IMG/VR virus record: IMGVR_UViG_3300025276_000027
Location: 1-64,000 of that record
Direction: 5' to 3' (one strand)
DNA length: 64,000 nt
Source: a virus
The first letter of the stretch is position 1, and every line of letters starts with the position of its first letter. Below are positions 58,888 to 64,000 of the stretch, piece after piece. The notes under the pieces were generated by a model that worked only from the letters and a program-made list of their open reading frames with translations, was not told the DNA's origin and made no database searches. The translations under genes and the position numbers were made by a program.

Positions 58888-59433
58888 TTAATTTAAATAA
58901 ACACAACCTGAAAATGCTGCATTAAACGTTATAACTAATTGTTGTGAACTTTTATAATCTACATTCCCTATAACTACAGTATTTCCACTATCTACTACAG
59001 TTACTGAAGGATATCCTCCTAAGTTATGAGTTACTGTCCATACACTAGATGCAACTTCAAAGCACTCAGCATATGTTCCATCATCTGCTAATATGTCTTC
59101 TAAATCTATTATAGTACAAACATTAGATGGTGTAGCAGGACAACTCATGCTTGCTTTAGCATTTATTTTTGCTAAAGGTTCTACAAATACTCCTGGAGTT
59201 TCTGTAGCTACTACAACATTACTGCTTGCTCCATTTTGCCAATCACATAATTCTTTCTCAATTACAGCATCTGCAAAATCCGTATAACAACATGAAGCAA
59301 TTCCAAACCTAATTGATTTAAAATTAGCATAAGCTTGTTTTGCAAAATTTTGCTCAACTTTAATCCGCTTTAACAATTTTATTTCTTTTTGTTGAGCAGT
59401 GTTAGATGTAGCCACTATTGTTGATGATGCCAT
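58888..59433 (-). CDS. Virion structural protein (tail hub/fibre adaptor-like)
   Basis: C-terminal WTVTHNLGGYPSVTVVD...ITFNAAFSGCVYLN domain common in phage tails; synteny. Confidence 0.55.
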   Translation of the reverse strand: MASSTIVATSNTAQQKEIKLLKRIKVEQNFAKQAYANFKSIRFGIASCCYTDFADAVIEKELCDWQNGASSNVVVATETPGVFVEPLAKINAKASMSCPATPSNVCTIIDLEDILADDGTYAECFEVASSVWTVTHNLGGYPSVTVVDSGNTVVIGNVDYKSSQQLVITFNAAFSGCVYLN

Positions 59434-59440
59434 ATTTTAC

Positions 59441-59620
59441 TTACTTATTTCTTAAATCTTGTATCTGTTGTTTAGCTAATTCTAGATTCAAATCTCTTGG
59501 TGTGGATACATTTGCTTCAGCTAAAGCTTTACAATTTTTACACACAATAACCCCATTCCCCATACTAGCTTTTTGACATCCACAAGAAAATACTCTATTA
59601 CAATGAGCACAATTTGCCAT
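59441..59620 (-). CDS. Small Cys-rich (zinc-finger-like) protein, 59 aa
   Basis: Start at 59620 (MANCAHC...CGC...CKNC) avoids overlap with the upstream gene. Confidence 0.65.
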   Translation of the reverse strand: MANCAHCNRVFSCGCQKASMGNGVIVCKNCKALAEANVSTPRDLNLELAKQQIQDLRNK

Positions 59621-59631
59621 TTTATGTTGGT

Positions 59632-60207
59632 TTAAATTAAATATTTTGAACTTGATCCGCAATTCCCTGAAGGACAGCTTACCTTATTCAATCTTTGTTT
59701 AGCATAACTATAAAGTTGCATACCTTGAGCAGATGATTGACAGTATTCTACATTAGCTACTGCTGCATCAATCATTGTCTTAATGTAATACATCTCTGAT
59801 AGTAATTCTTGTTTATCTGAATCTGGTTGACATGCCTGTACATTTAAATCACATAATACTTCATAATATGTAGTAAGTAATTTAGTTACTCTTAAGTGAT
59901 TATATTCTACATAAACTTTAGAGTTAGGAGATACACTATATTTAATAATATATATTCCATCAGGTATGTTAGATTGTTTTGTTCCACAATCTACAGTTTG
60001 TAATGCCATAGTACATGCAGTAAGACACATGTCAAAATTTTTATCAACTTTAATTAGAACTGGAACAGAATATCCCGGTAATGTAATTAAAAGCTCTTCA
60101 CAATCTACAGCTAACTCTTTGGAATATTGACTTGTATCCTTAATACACAATAAATCACAGTTAGATACTGTAGGTATTTCTAAACTTAATATATGTCTGC
60201 TTGCCAT
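59632..60207 (-). CDS. Tail hub-like structural protein, Cys-rich
   Basis: IKDTSQY...LLITLPGY...IPDGIYIIKYSV (Ig-like) plus a C-terminal helical bundle; follows the auxiliary capsid gene. Confidence 0.55.
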   Translation of the reverse strand: MASRHILSLEIPTVSNCDLLCIKDTSQYSKELAVDCEELLITLPGYSVPVLIKVDKNFDMCLTACTMALQTVDCGTKQSNIPDGIYIIKYSVSPNSKVYVEYNHLRVTKLLTTYYEVLCDLNVQACQPDSDKQELLSEMYYIKTMIDAAVANVEYCQSSAQGMQLYSYAKQRLNKVSCPSGNCGSSSKYLI

Positions 60208-60237
60208 TTTTCTATTTACTTTAATACACTATATAGA

Positions 60238-60248
60238 TAATATACAAA
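60238..60248 (-). promoter_or_regulatory. Putative late promoter motif TTTGTATATTA
   Basis: TAATATACAAA on +, just downstream of a terminator and 30 nt upstream of the 60207 start. Confidence 0.6.
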
Positions 60249-60264
60249 AAAAACAAGAATATAT

Positions 60265-60300
60265 AAAATAAAAAGAGCAGGAGTTTGATACCCCTGCTCT
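60265..60300 (-). terminator. Intrinsic terminator
   Basis: Stem AGAGCAGG/CCTGCTCT (60274-60300) followed on - by TTTTATTTT; lies after the putative auxiliary capsid gene. Confidence 0.85.
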
Positions 60301-60330
60301 AATTAATTATTTAAGATATTAAACTATATC

Positions 60331-61869
60331 TTACCAGTAAATATTTGTATCTTCAAATACAACTTTATTACCATTGTCACCAGCCCATGCTTCTAGAGCT
60401 TCCATAAGATCTACAACTAGAAGTTGAACAGCAGCATCACTACATTTTGCGTAGATTTTATAAACATACTGGTCATTGTCAAATACACCAGTTGGATTAT
60501 TAAATCTTGGTACAGAATGTTGAATATAATAAGCTCTATAAGTAGCCGTTCTATCAACTGCAGCTAAAAGTTCATCAGACATTTCAATTTCTCTGATTCT
60601 AGCACTGTCAGCATTTCCTTGGTTATAAGGAGATTGACGGTATCTTTCAGACATAATTAATTCTCTAATTACTTCTTCACCTTGAGTTTGTTGCATTGAA
60701 CCAGGACTTTGCGTTGCAACACCACAGTCATTACATGGGTTACCAGTTTCATCCAATTGAGAAACAATGATTTCAACAGGCTCAGCATTATAATGATCTC
60801 TTGTATCAAAAGAACAGTTACCAAACGTAGTATCTACATAAGCTCCTACAAATTCAACTCTAGCACTTACCTTAGTAGCTCCATTAGGATCAGTTGAAGG
60901 AACATAAGCTCCTGCACCTTTACCTTTAGCTTGTGCTATACTATATACTGCATTAGTTACTACAGCACCGGTTGTTTTAGTTATAACAACACCACCAGCA
61001 GTTAAACCTGCAGCAGCAACAGTTAATGTAGCATCCGTAGTTGCAGCAGCATCTATAACAGTTATAACATCACCTACTTTGTATTTTTCCCCTGCTTGAG
61101 CAATATCAAAAGTAAGTATTACTCCAGTACCACTTATAGTTAATACACTAACTTCTGCATCAACAAAACCTGTACGGCTTGAAGCTGTAATAGCAGTTCC
61201 TAATGAATCAACAGCAGATGTTTTATGCTGTGCTACAGTATAACCTACTCCAGCAGATAATGTTAAACCAGCTCCTTCAAGAAGCCCGTCAATATCACCT
61301 TCAGCTACAAATGGTTTGATTAATGGATCTGTAAGAGCCATATCAGCCATAGTTGCTAAAACAACAGCAGGATCAATATATTCTTGTCCATCAATACAAC
61401 ATACATTTGCTGAATCAGCAATTGCATATGCATTGTGGTTTAAGAATCTTAGTGCAGGTGAACCCTTCACGTCAATTCTCATAAATTGTGTTTTACCACA
61501 TGGAGCACAATCAGAAGCCAATGAAAGACTTGCTGTTGCTTGACTTGCGTCAAAGCAATTTGCAGCCCATAATCTAGTAATATATCTAGGGTTAATACCT
61601 TTAGATTTTACTGATTCTTTGTACCCACCATGTCCAGGATTGTTACCAATTGTATCTTTAGTATAAAAAGATCCTTCAACAACGTAAGCTAATGAGCCTG
61701 CTGCTATTGCTGGTACAGCTCCACCACCGGCTACGGCTACAGAGTTCCAGTCAGATCCTTGAACTAAAGCTAATTGTCCTGCGGTAAGAGCACTTGATGC
61801 AGTTCCTCCAGCTGCGTCAACTGAAGCTACAACAAACGTCTTGTTAAACGCATTATTAAAATAAGCCAT
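60331..61869 (-). CDS. Auxiliary capsid/decoration protein (probable start MAYFNNAF, 512 aa)
   Basis: Ala/Val/Gly-rich; has its own promoter motif and terminator, consistent with a high-copy protein; lies between ring and hub genes; C-terminal YYIQH...RFNN. Confidence 0.55.
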   Translation of the reverse strand: MAYFNNAFNKTFVVASVDAAGGTASSALTAGQLALVQGSDWNSVAVAGGGAVPAIAAGSLAYVVEGSFYTKDTIGNNPGHGGYKESVKSKGINPRYITRLWAANCFDASQATASLSLASDCAPCGKTQFMRIDVKGSPALRFLNHNAYAIADSANVCCIDGQEYIDPAVVLATMADMALTDPLIKPFVAEGDIDGLLEGAGLTLSAGVGYTVAQHKTSAVDSLGTAITASSRTGFVDAEVSVLTISGTGVILTFDIAQAGEKYKVGDVITVIDAAATTDATLTVAAAGLTAGGVVITKTTGAVVTNAVYSIAQAKGKGAGAYVPSTDPNGATKVSARVEFVGAYVDTTFGNCSFDTRDHYNAEPVEIIVSQLDETGNPCNDCGVATQSPGSMQQTQGEEVIRELIMSERYRQSPYNQGNADSARIREIEMSDELLAAVDRTATYRAYYIQHSVPRFNNPTGVFDNDQYVYKIYAKCSDAAVQLLVVDLMEALEAWAGDNGNKVVFEDTNIYW

Positions 61870-61964
61870 AATAAAAAAAATTTGTGTGAGGACCATTACC
61901 CCCACTAGTTATAAATAAATGATTTAATCAGTTTACTCTGTTCGTGACGTCATTGTCACTATAA

Positions 61965-61975
61965 TAATATACAAC
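61965..61975 (-). promoter_or_regulatory. Putative late promoter motif (GTTGTATATTA)
   Basis: TAATATACAAC on +, 95 nt upstream of the 61869 start. Confidence 0.5.
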
Positions 61976-62000
61976 AAAATAAATAACATTATATTATATA

Positions 62001-62705
62001 TTAATTATTTCTTTCTGCTGCTTGAGTGCCTCTTTGTTGCTGATATATATTTTCTATATCACCAGCAATTAATGCAGCTGTATCATCAAGCATAACTTCT
62101 ACTAAATCATCTTTAAATTCACAATTTACATTGGTAGTACTTACCAAACCTGTATATGGATTTACACAATTTAATACTTGTATCAATATTGGTTTTCTAT
62201 AATATGTTAATACAGGATTTACAATAGTAAACTTAGTATTCCTATAGATCCTAATAGTATTATTTAACATAGTACAAAATGTTTCACCCCATTCAAAATC
62301 TGGATTTTTTAACGGATCCCTTAATAGTAATGGAACATTTGCTTCTTCAGCTAAATAAACTGTCATAGATCTAGGCTCACAACAGTCATCTTTTGCTTGT
62401 GTACCAACTCTTTTAAATTCTAAATATTCATCAACTGGAAAATTATCAGTCTGAAAGTATGTATCTGTACTTGTTCCAGTTAATGATAATTCAATAAGTA
62501 AAGGTTGGAGATCATCTATTCTTTTTTTAGATAGCTCATCTCCTTCCTTATACATATTACCACCATGTAGATTACGTCTACACCACTCTATTTGTGCTTT
62601 ATTAAAAGCCTCAATAAATTGCCAACACTCAATATTATCATAATCATTGCTATCAAGTTTGTTTAACCTTTGCTTAAGTTTTATTAAGAGTGTATTATTT
62701 TCCAT
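62001..62705 (-). CDS. Tail ring/neck protein
   Basis: LNKLDSN...FNKAQ...KRIDDLQPL...LTYYRKP...CEF, as recalled for the conserved crAss-like ring gene near the capsid gene. Confidence 0.7.
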   Translation of the reverse strand: MENNTLLIKLKQRLNKLDSNDYDNIECWQFIEAFNKAQIEWCRRNLHGGNMYKEGDELSKKRIDDLQPLLIELSLTGTSTDTYFQTDNFPVDEYLEFKRVGTQAKDDCCEPRSMTVYLAEEANVPLLLRDPLKNPDFEWGETFCTMLNNTIRIYRNTKFTIVNPVLTYYRKPILIQVLNCVNPYTGLVSTTNVNCEFKDDLVEVMLDDTAALIAGDIENIYQQQRGTQAAERNN

Positions 62706-62714
62706 TTTTATATA

Positions 62715-63734
62715 TTATGCATTCCAATATGGTTCAATTTTATCTAATAAAGATAATAGCACTTCTTCATTTGCAGGATCTTTTAAAAACTCCAAACATT
62801 CATTAGGTCTTTTACCTAGTCTAACACCGCTATCCATAGGTTCAATCCATCCTCCTGCTTTAGTTAATAGAAATCTATAGTATAATGAATCTTTTACTAA
62901 AGCTCTAAGCTTTAATTCTTCCATATCTAATGCAGAAACATCTAAAAAGTTTTGTGCAGCACGTTTTTTATTACTTTCTGCTCCATCACCAACAATATAA
63001 ACATCCATATTTTCATACATGATATCATTAGGTGTATTTTTAGTATATTGTACACTATCTATATCTACAACTTTAGCAACATACATTAACTTAGTTGTAT
63101 TTGTATCATACAACTTTTGCAATTGTGAAATTGATTTATTTTTTAATTTAGTAAATTCTGTTCTAGTACTTAATGTTTCTTGTACAGTATCTAAATAAAA
63201 CTTTGGTTGAGTTTGTAACTTTTTTGCTACTGCAAGTGATTTAGCTACAATAGAAAATCCACCAGCCTTTATTGCATATATTTTTATTTTGTCATATGGA
63301 TCAACATCTGGTTCTAAAAATACAGGATCATTCCCACATCTTAATTCAATCTTATCCCAAAATTTAGAATTATCAGGTTTCATAACAGTTAGTTTATTCC
63401 AAAAATCTTTATCCTTTGGATCTACTACATTAGCTGCTAAATCAGCTTCTAATTCAGAAACTACTTTTCTGATTTCTGCAATTTTTGCCTTTTTCTTATC
63501 TGGAGGTAACATCTTTACATCAGGTGCAAATTCATTAAGTCCTGTTAAGTATCTCTTTACCCCATTCATTTCTAAACAAGCTAAACTTTCTTGATGCCAT
63601 ACCCCATCATGTAAAGATAGTCCATATGATTCTAACCCCATATTTTCTATATCTTGGTTAAAGTAAGGGCGTATAGCTATTGAGCTATTTTTTTTTGTGT
63701 GTTGATACTTTTCAACAATAGTGTAATCTTCCAT
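62715..63734 (-). CDS. Conserved crAss-like morphogenesis protein (gene usually downstream of the major capsid protein)
   Basis: RYLTGL, NSKFW, LEPDVDPYDKIK, KFYL, ECLEFLKDPANEEV pattern; synteny. Confidence 0.55.
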   Translation of the reverse strand: MEDYTIVEKYQHTKKNSSIAIRPYFNQDIENMGLESYGLSLHDGVWHQESLACLEMNGVKRYLTGLNEFAPDVKMLPPDKKKAKIAEIRKVVSELEADLAANVVDPKDKDFWNKLTVMKPDNSKFWDKIELRCGNDPVFLEPDVDPYDKIKIYAIKAGGFSIVAKSLAVAKKLQTQPKFYLDTVQETLSTRTEFTKLKNKSISQLQKLYDTNTTKLMYVAKVVDIDSVQYTKNTPNDIMYENMDVYIVGDGAESNKKRAAQNFLDVSALDMEELKLRALVKDSLYYRFLLTKAGGWIEPMDSGVRLGKRPNECLEFLKDPANEEVLLSLLDKIEPYWNA

Positions 63735-63854
63735 TTTGTGGTTTTTAAAAATTAATAATTATTACTCAAGTCAAATAATGCAAACTAATGCACATTTTAT
63801 TATTACTAATATTTCTTAAGCAAGGTTTTACCCTTGCAAAGTTTTTGACTTTTA

Positions 63855-63998
63855 TTACACTACAACCTTCAAATCTCCTGTGGAATGATATAGATCACCT
63901 TTAACTAAGCCTGCTGTAACTGCTGCAGCATTATTTGCATAGTCTCTGACTAATATATCTTTTCCAACTGATTTTGAAGAGATAATTTTAGACACACT
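63855..63998 (-). CDS. C-terminal part of a structural protein (truncated by window edge)
   Basis: SVSKIISSKSVGKDILVRDYANNAAAVTAGLVKGDLYHSTGDLKVVV followed by TAA TAA; YANNAAA..AGL..GDLY is a common phage fibre/decoration terminal motif. Confidence 0.65.
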   Translation of the reverse strand, partial: SVSKIISSKSVGKDILVRDYANNAAAVTAGLVKGDLYHSTGDLKVVV

Positions 63999-64000
63999 TG

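Noticed and set aside
59621-61905. Longer starts given in the track for the 73-aa (59662) and 524-aa (61905) ORFs
   Set aside because: The first overlaps the upstream gene; both have better A-rich Bacteroidota-type start contexts at 59620 and 61869.
367-63594. Numerous 60-166-aa antisense or alternate-frame ORFs in the track (e.g. 367-555, 9954-10286, 43530-44030, 63289-63594)
   Set aside because: They overlap well-supported genes almost entirely, have shadow-ORF composition, and show no motifs.
63820-63837. GCAAGG/CCTTGC hairpin as a terminator
   Set aside because: Only 6 bp and no clear U-tract on the coding strand; too weak to call.
1-64000. Stop-codon reassignment (TAG/TGA), known in some Crassvirales
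   Set aside because: Standard-code ORFs tile the window densely, including a 4775-aa ORF, and TAG ends genes at sensible boundaries (181, 3579, 3876, 31691, 56938).
1-64000. tRNA, rRNA, CRISPR array, integrase or IS elements
   Set aside because: Intergenic gaps are all under about 150 nt and show no cloverleaf, spaced repeats or transposase/integrase motifs.

Overview
The whole window is an AT-rich (roughly 30% GC by eye) segment of a crAss-like (Crassvirales-type) podophage genome. The host is most likely an environmental Bacteroidota/Flavobacteriia member: there are no Shine-Dalgarno sites, two signal peptides follow the Q-rule, one promoter matches TTTG-N19-TAnnTTTG, and the RNR is Flavobacterium-type. 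Bases 1-3060 (+) end the replication block with nrdB/nrdA, which carry class Id (Mn/superoxide) signatures. Bases 3187-64000 (-) are the convergent virion block. In transcription order it holds: a gene usually found after the major capsid protein gene, a ring protein, an auxiliary capsid protein, tail-hub-like proteins, two paralogous fibres, Cys-rich FN3/vWA proteins, a metallophosphoesterase, an IHF-like protein, ring/tubular proteins, a 2117-aa muzzle with an inserted vWA domain, and six internal cargo proteins. The cargo set includes a 4775-aa virion RNA polymerase polyprotein (DFDID + HEXXH) and a 1890-aa PD-(D/E)xK protein. The block ends with a three-gene envelope cassette (outer-membrane beta-barrel, membrane-anchored coiled coil, secreted CxxC-less thioredoxin fold). 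The most interesting signals are: (i) cargo proteins built as strings of unrelated modules, including an NlpC/P60 peptidase and a DUF6973-like domain, separated by a recurrent x-[QAK]-x-GG motif; (ii) an extreme cysteine partition, with about 10,750 aa of cargo almost Cys-free except for a head-to-tail terminal Cys pair, versus a very Cys-rich outer virion; (iii) the envelope cassette; and (iv) a recurrent TTTGTATATTA late-promoter motif. Structural assignments rest on synteny and remembered motifs, not on searches.
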